64,000 bases of DNA from Aequorivita sp. GTDB lineage: Bacteria > Bacteroidota > Bacteroidia > Flavobacteriales > Flavobacteriaceae. This document shows positions 24,953 through 34,201 of this stretch, piece by piece (within the stretch, counting starts at the first letter, position 1; each line of letters starts with the position of its first letter). The stretch is taken from NCBI GenBank assembly GCA_052105975.1, contig JBQEAY010000008.1:30680-94679 (forward strand). The letters run 5' to 3'. Made by a program: the position numbers and the translations under genes. The notes under the pieces were generated by a model. The model ran no database searches. It had not been told where the DNA came from and worked only from the letters and a program-made list of their open reading frames with translations.

Positions 24953-26557
24953 TTACATACCTGAAATAACCTTATCCTTTGGAAGTTTGACAGAATAGGA
25001 AAATCTCAATTTCTTCGTCTCCCCAGCTTTTAAATGAAGATTCCAACTCAGTTCACCTTTATCTTCATCGACTTTGGCATTGGAAGTTTCCAAAAGCTTG
25101 ATTTCTATATTCTTTTCGGTTGACAAAGGAAACTGCTCTTTCACATCTATATCTATAACTTCCTTTCGGGAGTTTCTAACTGAAATCTCATAAATGTAGG
25201 TTCGTTTTTGAGAGTTGCCAAAAAAGGATGTACTTCCCTCTTCGTCAATTCTTTCTCGCTTGGTAACAATACGTTCGTCTCTTCCTAAGCTCAAGGTCAA
25301 CGTATCTTCTGTAGAATTCGGATTTATATAAGAACTTCCTGCAAAGTTATTGTCGATAATCAAGTTGGCGTTTCCAGGCAAAAGATTGTATTTGCTCCAA
25401 TCTGAAACCTTCGCAACTAAGAAAGCCGCTTTATCCAATCGTGGAGCTGTGAAATAGGAATATTTGGCTGGCAGTTGATATTGTTTCAATTGAACCGCTT
25501 GAGGTTTTTGATTGGAATACACATCGTAAGGCGTATTGACCACAAAGGAAGTTGTCAATTGGTTTTCCTGAACTACCGACGTATTGGGGCTGGAAACAAC
25601 CTCATCCAATTCTGCACTTTCTGTTTGTACACCTGCCATTTTGTTTTGCAGTCTCTGATTATGTACAATAGGCTGTTGAAAACCTACCCACCAAGGATTT
25701 AATTGTGGCGCATTATTATTTCGTTGTGGATTTCCACTGGAAAACGCCAATTTTATCTGCTTCCAATCTATTCCTGTATTCTGGGAAACATTGGCTTTAT
25801 ACACAAGTTGAACAGGTTCTTCTAAATTGTCAACCCTGATTTCATAAAAAGGAGTCCAAGATACATTATCAGTAAAATAATTAATGTCGAAATTTGTTTT
25901 TACTGCCTGACTAGAATTTAAACGAACTACCAATTGGCCAGCGTTTTGTCCATTTCCGCCAGCTTCCTGCATCTGTTTTTTTAGTTTATCCACAGTTTTT
26001 TGCTGTTCTTGCTCTTCTGTTTTTAACTTAATAATATTCGAAGCTAGTTTTTTATACTCCTCACGATAGTATTTTATCATAGATGCCATACTCGTTGGAG
26101 AAACTCCATTTTGTCCTCCAAACTTTCTATTTTCCTCTAGTAATGCCAACGTACTTTCCTCTCCTTTTCGGGCATTCGACAAATCGTCTAGAATAGCTTT
26201 GGCTTCTTCATATTTGTTCTTTACCTCCAAATATTGTGAGCTTTGATTTTCACCTTTTACCAAATAATCTCGTTCAAAAGAAACTGAAAGAATAGTTATC
26301 TGGCTACTTTCACTGGTAACTCGGATACTCTGTGGATCTACATTCTTTGCAATCTGATTTATGACCAATTCAGAATTACCACTTGCCACATTCAGCTGTT
26401 TAGCGACATGATGTAAGCTGGCTCCTCGACCATATATGGTAGCATCCAATAAAGAGGCGTTGGTTTCTAAAACGCTTTGTGAGTTAACCCATTGGGAGCT
26501 AGTTACTAATAAAAGAAGAACTAGATATGAAGAAAGCGATTGTGAAAATATTTTCAT
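24953..26557 (-). CDS. DUF4139 / MuiA (mucoidy inhibitor A) family protein
   Basis: 534 aa. Signal peptide. N-terminal DUF4140-like segment (..ATIYGRGASLHH......G.SELVINQIAKNVDPQSIRV), central coiled coil and a large C-terminal beta domain. Confidence 0.7.
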   Translation of the reverse strand: MKIFSQSLSSYLVLLLLVTSSQWVNSQSVLETNASLLDATIYGRGASLHHVAKQLNVASGNSELVINQIAKNVDPQSIRVTSESSQITILSVSFERDYLVKGENQSSQYLEVKNKYEEAKAILDDLSNARKGEESTLALLEENRKFGGQNGVSPTSMASMIKYYREEYKKLASNIIKLKTEEQEQQKTVDKLKKQMQEAGGNGQNAGQLVVRLNSSQAVKTNFDINYFTDNVSWTPFYEIRVDNLEEPVQLVYKANVSQNTGIDWKQIKLAFSSGNPQRNNNAPQLNPWWVGFQQPIVHNQRLQNKMAGVQTESAELDEVVSSPNTSVVQENQLTTSFVVNTPYDVYSNQKPQAVQLKQYQLPAKYSYFTAPRLDKAAFLVAKVSDWSKYNLLPGNANLIIDNNFAGSSYINPNSTEDTLTLSLGRDERIVTKRERIDEEGSTSFFGNSQKRTYIYEISVRNSRKEVIDIDVKEQFPLSTEKNIEIKLLETSNAKVDEDKGELSWNLHLKAGETKKLRFSYSVKLPKDKVISGM

Positions 26558-26654
26558 AGGAAGTTTAAATTTTTAATTTATACTGAATATTCAATTTCTA
26601 TGCCGTGCTTAATGTCACAATTTCACAGAGCAAAATAACCTAGTTCTAAAGCTA

Positions 26655-27728
26655 TTAATTTTTTAAGTAATATTTCTTAATTACTGCTTCGGCAGGCTTG
26701 TTTTGTGGGGTAAATTGATTGTTTTCGGTACCTCCTGCTCTTTCATGCGAAATAAACCATTTCCAAAGAAAACCACCAACAAACCATTCTTCTTCCCAAA
26801 CTGATTGATATAATCCTTCCAACAAATTGGCTTGAGCTTCTAAATTAACTGAATTCATTTCCCTTTCACTTTCCCAAGGTTTTTTTCCACTGAAGTCAAC
26901 ACTTCGATAGCCGTATTCAGTAAAAAGTATTCTTTTATTCTCCTTTTTTGAAAATGCTTTCAATCCAACTCTCCATCGTTCCCAACCTGCTTTTATTTCT
27001 TCAATGTTTGGGGTTTTACTTTCTGAAATTGGAAAATATGCATCAACGCCAATATAATCCAACAAATCCCAAAAAGGCACTCGTTTGTATTCATCCCAGT
27101 TGGCTGCATATGTTAGTGTCCCTTTATAAACTGCTCTAACTTCTGAAATTAACTTCCGCCAATATTCTGGTCTATGTTCTATAAAACTCTCCAATTCGGT
27201 ACCAATACAGAAAATTTCGATTCCCACCTTCTCAGCCAATTTTGCATAATCCAGTATAAAATTTCTATACGTATTTTCAAGTTGCAACCAATCTGCCTCC
27301 GAAGCCATTTTCACCAAACCAGTAAATTCTCCTCGCCAAACCCAGATTTGAGGCTTCATCATTACCTTCAAGTTATTTTTATGAAGTAAATTGATATATT
27401 GCTTAGCCCCTATTTTCGTTTCTCCAAACCATTGCCGTTCTTGATTGTATATTACTTCAGGATGATCCAGGCTTTTTATAAACCCAAAAGGCATTATCGC
27501 TGCATAGTTTGCATTAATATTTAGTAAAGATTCAATGTTTTCCTGCTGAAGGGAATCACGGGAGGCAACAAAACTTACCCCGTTTATTTTTGAAATATTC
27601 TTATTAGCTCCTAGAACTTCTTCACCTATCTGGGTATCCAAAACCTGTGAAGAATCGCGTTTTTCCACACAAGCAGAGCACATCATAAAAAGAAAGACAA
27701 AAATCGAGTAGCGTAGAAGTATGGACAT
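26655..27728 (-). CDS. Glycoside hydrolase, clan GH-A TIM-barrel type (GH113-like?), lipoprotein
   Basis: 357 aa. Lipobox (FMMCSAC). Candidate catalytic Glu residues in FCIGTELE and LFTEYGYRS. The family assignment is tentative. Confidence 0.5.
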   Translation of the reverse strand: MSILLRYSIFVFLFMMCSACVEKRDSSQVLDTQIGEEVLGANKNISKINGVSFVASRDSLQQENIESLLNINANYAAIMPFGFIKSLDHPEVIYNQERQWFGETKIGAKQYINLLHKNNLKVMMKPQIWVWRGEFTGLVKMASEADWLQLENTYRNFILDYAKLAEKVGIEIFCIGTELESFIEHRPEYWRKLISEVRAVYKGTLTYAANWDEYKRVPFWDLLDYIGVDAYFPISESKTPNIEEIKAGWERWRVGLKAFSKKENKRILFTEYGYRSVDFSGKKPWESEREMNSVNLEAQANLLEGLYQSVWEEEWFVGGFLWKWFISHERAGGTENNQFTPQNKPAEAVIKKYYLKN

Positions 27729-27858
27729 ATATAAAATAACTACCGATGAAAGTAATGCTTATTTTAGACTTTATAGAAACTTTGGCAGCGCTTTCCAATC
27801 CATCGCAATCGTAATTGCGTATTTTTATAAACAAAGGAAAAATCAATCATTAGAGTTT

Positions 27859-29166
27859 ATGGAGCACATTGTCATAATCGGAAACGGTATTGCTGGAATT
27901 ACAGCTGCGCGACATATTAGAAAACTTTCCGACAAGAAAATCACCATAATTTCTGCAGAGGCTGAGCATTTTTTCTCTCGTACTGCTTTGATGTACGTGT
28001 ATATGGGCCATATGCGTTGGCGTGATATTGAACCTTATGAAAGTTGGTTTTGGAAAAAAAATCGGCTAGAACTAAAAAAAGCTTACGTTGAAAAAGTTGA
28101 TACCGATACTAAAACCCTTCATTTGAAAGAAGGTGGTTCTATTACTTACGATAAATTAATAATAGCAACTGGCTCCGTTACAAATACTTTTGGCTGGGAG
28201 GGATTGGAATTAAATGGCGTTCAAGGTCTGGTGTCTAAACAGGATTTAGAAAATCTGGAGAAGAATGCCCCAAACAATAAAAAGTGTCCCCGTGCTGTGA
28301 TTATCGGGGGCGGACTGATTGGCATTGAAATGGCTGAAATGCTCCACACCCGAAATATAGAAGTAACCATGCTTATTCGTGAGAATGGTTTTTGGGCGAA
28401 TGCCTTACCAAACCCAGAGGCTGAAATGATATCGCAGCATATTATCTCACACGGAATTGATCTTCGGCATAATTCAAATCTCAATAAAATTATTGGTGAT
28501 ACAGATGGAAACGTAAAAGCTGTAATTACACAAGATGGCGAAGAAATCCCATGTAATGTTGTTGGAATAGCTACCGGTGTAAAACCGAATATTTCCTTTT
28601 TAAAGAATTCAAATATAGAAACTGACAGAGGAATTTTGGTAAATAGAAAGTTACAAACTAATATAGAAGATGTATTTGCCATTGGCGATTGTGCCCAACA
28701 ACGAGAAGCAATTGGCCACCGGCCACCTGTAGAAGCCGTCTGGTACACTGGCAGAATGATGGGTGAAGCATTGGCTCAAACAATTTGTGGAAATACTTTT
28801 GAATACAATCCTGGAAATTGGTTTAACAGCGCAAAATTCTTTGATATTGAATATCAAACCTATGGTTGGGTTTTTTCGGAGGAACGAAGTAAGGAGTACG
28901 AAGCTCATTTTCATTGGAGATGTAAGAGTAATCTGCGTTGTATTACAATTTCGTACCATAAAGAAAATAGACGGTTCTTAGGAATAAATACCTTTGGAAT
29001 CCGGATGAAACAAGAAGTTTTTGATAGATGGCTCAATGAAAATCGCAGTGTAGATTATGTAATGGGAAATTTAAAAGAAGCGAATTTTGATCCAGAGTTT
29101 TTTAAGAGCTATGAAAAGGAGATTTTAGAAGAGTATTCGTCATTAAACACAACAGTAACGTCTTAA
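27859..29166 (+). CDS. NAD(P)/FAD-dependent oxidoreductase (pyridine nucleotide-disulfide oxidoreductase fold)
   Basis: The start at ATG 27859 (MEHIVIIGNGIAGITAA) is the FAD Rossmann motif. A second Rossmann motif is VIIGGGLIGIEMAEML, and AIGDCA is also present. The track's 27721 start overlaps the divergent gene and adds a non-homologous extension. Confidence 0.8.
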   Translation: MEHIVIIGNGIAGITAARHIRKLSDKKITIISAEAEHFFSRTALMYVYMGHMRWRDIEPYESWFWKKNRLELKKAYVEKVDTDTKTLHLKEGGSITYDKLIIATGSVTNTFGWEGLELNGVQGLVSKQDLENLEKNAPNNKKCPRAVIIGGGLIGIEMAEMLHTRNIEVTMLIRENGFWANALPNPEAEMISQHIISHGIDLRHNSNLNKIIGDTDGNVKAVITQDGEEIPCNVVGIATGVKPNISFLKNSNIETDRGILVNRKLQTNIEDVFAIGDCAQQREAIGHRPPVEAVWYTGRMMGEALAQTICGNTFEYNPGNWFNSAKFFDIEYQTYGWVFSEERSKEYEAHFHWRCKSNLRCITISYHKENRRFLGINTFGIRMKQEVFDRWLNENRSVDYVMGNLKEANFDPEFFKSYEKEILEEYSSLNTTVTS

Positions 29167-29169
29167 ACA

Positions 29170-30756
29170 ATGAGCACAGTACAAAGAAATATGTCCCTTG
29201 CAGGGCAACCGCCTAAAACGATAAATACCCAACAGAAAATAGCATCCACTATCGGTTTGTTAGGATTAACGATTTTGGTTTTGGCTTTTTTCAATGTCAA
29301 TTTTCCAAATAAAGGTTTCTGGCTTACCGCATCATTAGCTGCTATTGCTGGCGGAACCGTTTGGTTTACAATTGCAGCCTATGCAGATAAGCACGCAGGA
29401 ATAAAAAACGACGGCGTCTATTTTAAATCTCTTATTTCCCGAGGATTCTGGGCTTGGATTTTGGGTATTTCCCTTACATTATTTTACGTTTTACTTTATT
29501 GGTTTCCACAATATCTAGGTTTCACTCAAGACGGTGATAACAAAGGAATTGTTGCTCTATTTGATCCTTTCAGCAAGTTATTAAATGGTGGTCCTGCTAG
29601 CCAATGGTTTGTTTATGGTACACTTTACACCTTAGCTATTCTAGCATTCGGTGTAAAGTTCATCATGAAATATCGCCATAATAAATATGAAAAACTTCGA
29701 ACGTTTTCAGTGATGTTTTTTCAGCTTGGCTTTGCCTTTTTGATTCCCGAAATAATGCAACGTTTAAATAGTGAGAGTTTTTCACTTCCGTATTATGACT
29801 TAAAAAATATCTGGCCACTTAACTATTACAATTTCGAGCAATATAGAGTAGATGACTTTATTTCAGCAGGTGATGTTGGGGTAGGATTATTGATTTTTGG
29901 AGTTGCATCCATTCTTATAATCACACCGATATTAACCTACAAATACGGAAAACGCTGGTATTGCTCATGGGTTTGCGGTTGTGGTGGTCTGGCTGAAACA
30001 GCAGGTGATCCATTTAGACACTTAAGTGATAAAACTCAGTTTGCCTGGAAAGTAGAACGTTGGGTAATTCACAGTGTTTTGGTTTTTGTTATTCTAATGA
30101 CCACTGCGGTTGTGCATTCATACTTGGGTGATGACAGTTCTAAATATTGGCTTACAAAAGATACTTTTCTTATTAGTGTAGCTGTTTTTTTGACTTTGGT
30201 TTTTGCAGGTGTGTGGATTTTTAAAAGAGAGGAATTACAAAAAGATGCGCGTATTGGATCGATAGCCTATTTTGTAATTATAATTGCTTTGGTAGCACTT
30301 CATTTTACAACAGGAAAAACACTATTTCTATTTGATGCTGAAACACTACGCTCCTCATATGGTTTTCTCATCGGGGCTGTTTTCAGTGGAGTGATTGGAG
30401 TTGGTTTCTACCCCATTTTCGGAAACCGCGTATGGTGTAGATTTGGATGCCCCATGGCGGCTATTCTTGGGTTTCAGCAACGTTTATTTTCAAAATTCCG
30501 AATTACCGTCAATGGTGGTCAATGTATTAGTTGTGGTAATTGCTCCACCTATTGCGAAATGGGAATCGACGTCCGCGCCTACGCCCAAAAAGGCGAGAAT
30601 ATCGTACGCTCAAGTTGTGTTGGCTGTGGTATATGTTCTGCCGTTTGTCCACGTGGGGTGCTAAAACTTGAAAATGGACCACTTGAAAACCGTATAAGCT
30701 CCAATGATGTTCTTTTAGGTAATGATGTAGATTTAATGAGCTTCGTAAATAAATAA
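29170..30756 (+). CDS. Integral-membrane polyferredoxin (NapH/MauN/CcoG-like 4Fe-4S protein)
   Basis: 528 aa with at least 8 hydrophobic segments. Cys motifs CSWVCGCGG and CRFGCP. C-terminal 2x[4Fe-4S] ferredoxin motifs CISCGNCSTYC and CVGCGICSAVCP. Starts 3 nt after the oxidoreductase stop. Confidence 0.75.
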   Translation: MSTVQRNMSLAGQPPKTINTQQKIASTIGLLGLTILVLAFFNVNFPNKGFWLTASLAAIAGGTVWFTIAAYADKHAGIKNDGVYFKSLISRGFWAWILGISLTLFYVLLYWFPQYLGFTQDGDNKGIVALFDPFSKLLNGGPASQWFVYGTLYTLAILAFGVKFIMKYRHNKYEKLRTFSVMFFQLGFAFLIPEIMQRLNSESFSLPYYDLKNIWPLNYYNFEQYRVDDFISAGDVGVGLLIFGVASILIITPILTYKYGKRWYCSWVCGCGGLAETAGDPFRHLSDKTQFAWKVERWVIHSVLVFVILMTTAVVHSYLGDDSSKYWLTKDTFLISVAVFLTLVFAGVWIFKREELQKDARIGSIAYFVIIIALVALHFTTGKTLFLFDAETLRSSYGFLIGAVFSGVIGVGFYPIFGNRVWCRFGCPMAAILGFQQRLFSKFRITVNGGQCISCGNCSTYCEMGIDVRAYAQKGENIVRSSCVGCGICSAVCPRGVLKLENGPLENRISSNDVLLGNDVDLMSFVNK

Positions 30757-30858
30757 GCATTTATAATTTACAATATCTCTACTTTGTACATAGAGTCCAT
30801 CCAATGGATTGTCAGTAATTTTCCTGAAATTAGCAGTTTTATAACATCATAGCTTTTA

Positions 30859-31560
30859 ATGACGAAAAATATCAAAGTAATCATCCCCGCATTTAATGAA
30901 CAAGACGCCATTGGGAAGGTGATTGCCGAAATTCCGAATATCGTTTCAGAAATAATTGTCGTCAACAACAATTCCACAGATAATACTGCGAAAGTAGCGC
31001 AAACAGCTGGTGCCACAGTGCTTTTAGAACCAAATGCAGGCTATGGATACGCTTGCTTAAAAGGAATGGAATATATTGCTGATTTAAATGCCGAACAACA
31101 ACCATATATTGTGGTTTTTCTAGACGGTGATTACAGTGATTACCCATCAGAATTGACTAGAATAGTTGCTCCAATTCTAGAAGATAATATTGATTTTGTT
31201 GTTGGTGCCCGCGTGAAAGAATTGAGTGAGAATGGTTCCATGACCCTACCACAACGCTTTGGTAACGGACTGGCGACAAAACTGATGAAACTTTTCTTTA
31301 ATTCAACATTTACAGATTTAGGACCTTTCCGAGCAATTAAATATGAAAAATTACTCACTTTGGAAATGGAGGACAAAACCTATGGCTGGACCGTTGAAAT
31401 GCAACTGAAAGTACTTAAAAGGAAATACTCTTATGTTGAAATCCCAGTAAAATATAGAAACAGGATTGGCGTTTCAAAAGTTTCAGGAACGATAAAAGGT
31501 GCTATATTTGCAGGCGTAAAAATTCTAACTTGGATTTTTAAATACAGTTTCAAAAAATGA
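30859..31560 (+). CDS. GT2 glycosyltransferase, polyprenol-phosphate sugar transferase-like (DPM1/GtrB type)
   Basis: 233 aa. IIPAFNE..., VVNNNSTDNT and FLDGDYSD (DxD), with a C-terminal amphipathic/TM end. Confidence 0.7.
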   Translation: MTKNIKVIIPAFNEQDAIGKVIAEIPNIVSEIIVVNNNSTDNTAKVAQTAGATVLLEPNAGYGYACLKGMEYIADLNAEQQPYIVVFLDGDYSDYPSELTRIVAPILEDNIDFVVGARVKELSENGSMTLPQRFGNGLATKLMKLFFNSTFTDLGPFRAIKYEKLLTLEMEDKTYGWTVEMQLKVLKRKYSYVEIPVKYRNRIGVSKVSGTIKGAIFAGVKILTWIFKYSFKK

Positions 31561-33047
31561 TTCTTGAATCAATAATCATTGTAATTTACTCCATAGCTCT
31601 GCTCCTCATTTTTATGTACGCGTTGGCGCAACTCAACTTGCTCTTTAACTACCTAATTGCCAGGAAGAACCATAAAGATTCTCCTACTTTCGATTTCTCC
31701 AAGGCAGAAGAAATCCCATTAGTAACCATTCAACTTCCTGTTTATAATGAGTTGTATGTAATGGATAGGTTGCTGGAAAATATTGCCCTAATAGATTACC
31801 CGAAAGACAAGTTAGAAATTCAAGTCTTGGACGATAGTACCGATGAGTCTTTCGAAGAAACTGCTGAGCACATCCAAGCACTTCAGAAAACAGGTTTAGA
31901 CATTCAACATGTTACCCGTGAAGACCGAAAAGGTTTTAAAGCTGGGGCCCTAAAAGAAGGTTTAAAAACTGCCAAAGGAGAATATATCGCCATATTTGAT
32001 GCTGACTTTCTTCCGAAGAAAGATTGGTTAAAAAACACTATTCCATATTTTAAAGACCCCGAAATTGGCGTGGTTCAAACCCGTTGGGGACATTTAAACC
32101 GCGACTATTCTATACTTACGCGTGTACAAGCTTTTGCCTTGGATGCACATTTTACTTTGGAACAAGTAGGACGAAACAGCAAAGGACATTTTATAAATTT
32201 CAACGGCACTGCTGGCGTATGGCGTAAAGAATGTATTCTAGATGCTGGAAATTGGGAAGGTGATACACTCACCGAAGACCTCGATCTCAGCTACCGAGCA
32301 CAATTAAAAAATTGGAAGTTCAAATATTTGGAAAATGTAGAAACTCCTGCGGAGCTTCCCGTAGTTATCAGTGCGGCACGTTCACAGCAATTCCGTTGGA
32401 ACAAGGGAGGAGCAGAGAACTTTCAGAAAATGGCTTGGCGCGTTTTTAAAAGCCATGACATTCCTTTTAAAACGAAAATGCACAGTTTTATGCATTTGCT
32501 CAATAGCACTATGTTTTTAAACATTTTGATTGTAGCAATATTAAGTATACCGATGCTGTATATTAAAAATGAATATGAGCATTTAAAAATGTATTTCTTT
32601 GTGATGAGCTTCTTTGTGATAAGCACCCTTATCTTTTTTATTTGTTACTGGTATACATTCAAAAGTATTTACGGTGGCGGATTCAAACGTTTCTTAAAGT
32701 ATACGGGCATGTTTTTCACTTTCTTCTCGGTGGCTATGGGTTTCTCTGTCCATAATTCCATCGCAGTTTTGGAAGGACATTTCGGAAAGAAGAGCGAATT
32801 TATACGAACTCCAAAATTTAATATCGGTGACCTTAAGGAAGGATGGAAAGGCAATAAATACCTTACCAAGAATATATCTCCAAACGTGATTATTGAAGGT
32901 GTACTAATGCTCTATTTCGCTTTTGGAATGTACAGTGCATTCATTGTTGGTGATCAAGGTGGCGATTTCGGACTGTTTCCTTTTCACTTGATGCTCTTTC
33001 TTGGATTTGGATTTGTGTTTTTTAAATCTTTAACATCAAAAGTCTAA
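31557..33047 (+). CDS. Processive-type GT2 glycosyltransferase (cellulose/chitin/hyaluronan-synthase-like)
   Basis: 496 aa. N-terminal TM, QLPVYNE, VLDDSTD, FDADF, TEDLDLS and the QxxRW signature (SQQFRWNKG). Four or more C-terminal TM helices. Overlaps the upstream GT2 by 4 nt (ATGA). Confidence 0.8.
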   Translation: MILESIIIVIYSIALLLIFMYALAQLNLLFNYLIARKNHKDSPTFDFSKAEEIPLVTIQLPVYNELYVMDRLLENIALIDYPKDKLEIQVLDDSTDESFEETAEHIQALQKTGLDIQHVTREDRKGFKAGALKEGLKTAKGEYIAIFDADFLPKKDWLKNTIPYFKDPEIGVVQTRWGHLNRDYSILTRVQAFALDAHFTLEQVGRNSKGHFINFNGTAGVWRKECILDAGNWEGDTLTEDLDLSYRAQLKNWKFKYLENVETPAELPVVISAARSQQFRWNKGGAENFQKMAWRVFKSHDIPFKTKMHSFMHLLNSTMFLNILIVAILSIPMLYIKNEYEHLKMYFFVMSFFVISTLIFFICYWYTFKSIYGGGFKRFLKYTGMFFTFFSVAMGFSVHNSIAVLEGHFGKKSEFIRTPKFNIGDLKEGWKGNKYLTKNISPNVIIEGVLMLYFAFGMYSAFIVGDQGGDFGLFPFHLMLFLGFGFVFFKSLTSKV

Positions 33048-33271
33048 ACACCTTATAAAACTTTACATAATAGCTTTAGAATAACGGTTTTTGGAAAATT
33101 TAGGCGTCAGCAAGAACAACTTCTATATTACGAACAAATCATTGAGATTGAAATCACAAATTGGCTAGAAAACTCTAAGTTTCCCTAGAGAGAAATTCAA
33201 CCGATTTTAAGAATGTGATATGGAAAATATTAAAGAATCTGAAAAGAATGTTTAAGGGTTATTGAAGTTAT

Positions 33272-33925
33272 TTATTCAATAATGCTATAGGAAAGCAGAC
33301 GTTTCTCTGTTCTAGGCATAGAATCTGAAACAAATGAACAAGTAGTTTTTATCTGTCCTATTTCTTTACCGTAAAAATAATAATCTGTTGCCGGAGATTT
33401 ACTTCCATCAGTGAATCTTGCATACCACTCGTTAATTGAGCAGGAAAAGTTTCCAGCAGGGACCTCCAAAGCACTATCATTTTCAGTTAGAACACCATAT
33501 ACCTTATATCCACTAGACATCTCACGAATTAAATATTCTTGATCAGGATTAGCATAAGAGAATTGCTTTACACCATTTTCATTAATTAAATAACCCAAGG
33601 AATCTCTTAGTTTTGTAATCACAGTTCCATTATCTGGAACGCCAACAGCAGAATCATCTCCCGAAGTGACAGTTTCAAACGAATAGTACATATTTCCATT
33701 AATTTCAGAGGTTGTGGTGATAGTCACTTCATCAAAAGCATCTATACCCTCAAATGCAGTTGTTCTATCCACTCTTTTAAAATATTGATACTTCCAGGAA
33801 TTACCGACTTTCAGTGCGTAAAAATTCGATTGAGTTTGTTCCTGTTCTTCAGGTTGGTCGTCATCCTTATTACAAGAAATAAACAACAGGCTAAAGACAA
33901 GACAGGATAAAAGCAAAGATTTCAT
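33272..33925 (-). CDS. Hypothetical lipoprotein
   Basis: 217 aa. Lipobox LLFISCNKDDD. No recognisable family. Confidence 0.5.
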   Translation of the reverse strand: MKSLLLSCLVFSLLFISCNKDDDQPEEQEQTQSNFYALKVGNSWKYQYFKRVDRTTAFEGIDAFDEVTITTTSEINGNMYYSFETVTSGDDSAVGVPDNGTVITKLRDSLGYLINENGVKQFSYANPDQEYLIREMSSGYKVYGVLTENDSALEVPAGNFSCSINEWYARFTDGSKSPATDYYFYGKEIGQIKTTCSFVSDSMPRTEKRLLSYSIIE

Positions 33926-34112
33926 AGATTCAGTTTTAGTTGTTAGTGTTATGAAAACGTGAAGACGACTAGATTTATTTCAAATAGCATTTCACATCTA
34001 TAAATCTAACCCAACGAAATCCCTAAGGAGGAGAAGGTTTTCTTCAAGGTTTATTGAGGAAATCTTGAAAAAATGACCTGGGACTATAGGACGTAGGACA
34101 AAACACCAAATT

Positions 34113-34192
34113 AAACTTTGTGACCTCTGTGCCTCTGTGGTGAAAAATTTACCGCAAAGGCGCAGAGAACGCAAAGAGTTTATATCTTAAAA
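34113..34192. repeat. REP-like element: inverted pair of CTTTGYG/CTCTGYG word arrays
   Basis: AAACTTTGTGACCTCTGTGCCTCTGTGGTGAAAAATTTACCGCAAAGGCGCAGAGAACGCAAAGAGTTT. The arms pair over about 26 positions (3 mismatches, 4 T-G pairs). Related single arms are at 49657-49708 and 2469-2488. Confidence 0.7.
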
Positions 34193-34201
34193 AACAGAGC
34201 T

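Noticed and set aside
27721-27858. N-terminal extension of the oxidoreductase ORF (track start 27721).
   Set aside because: The extension overlaps the start of the divergent hydrolase gene and has no Rossmann or signal features. The ATG at 27859 places the GxGxxG motif at residues 7-12, as expected.
28221-28959. 175-aa and 102-aa ORFs antisense to the FAD oxidoreductase gene, plus 28763-28981 in an alternative plus-strand frame.
   Set aside because: They are embedded in a CDS with both Rossmann motifs intact. They have no independent features.
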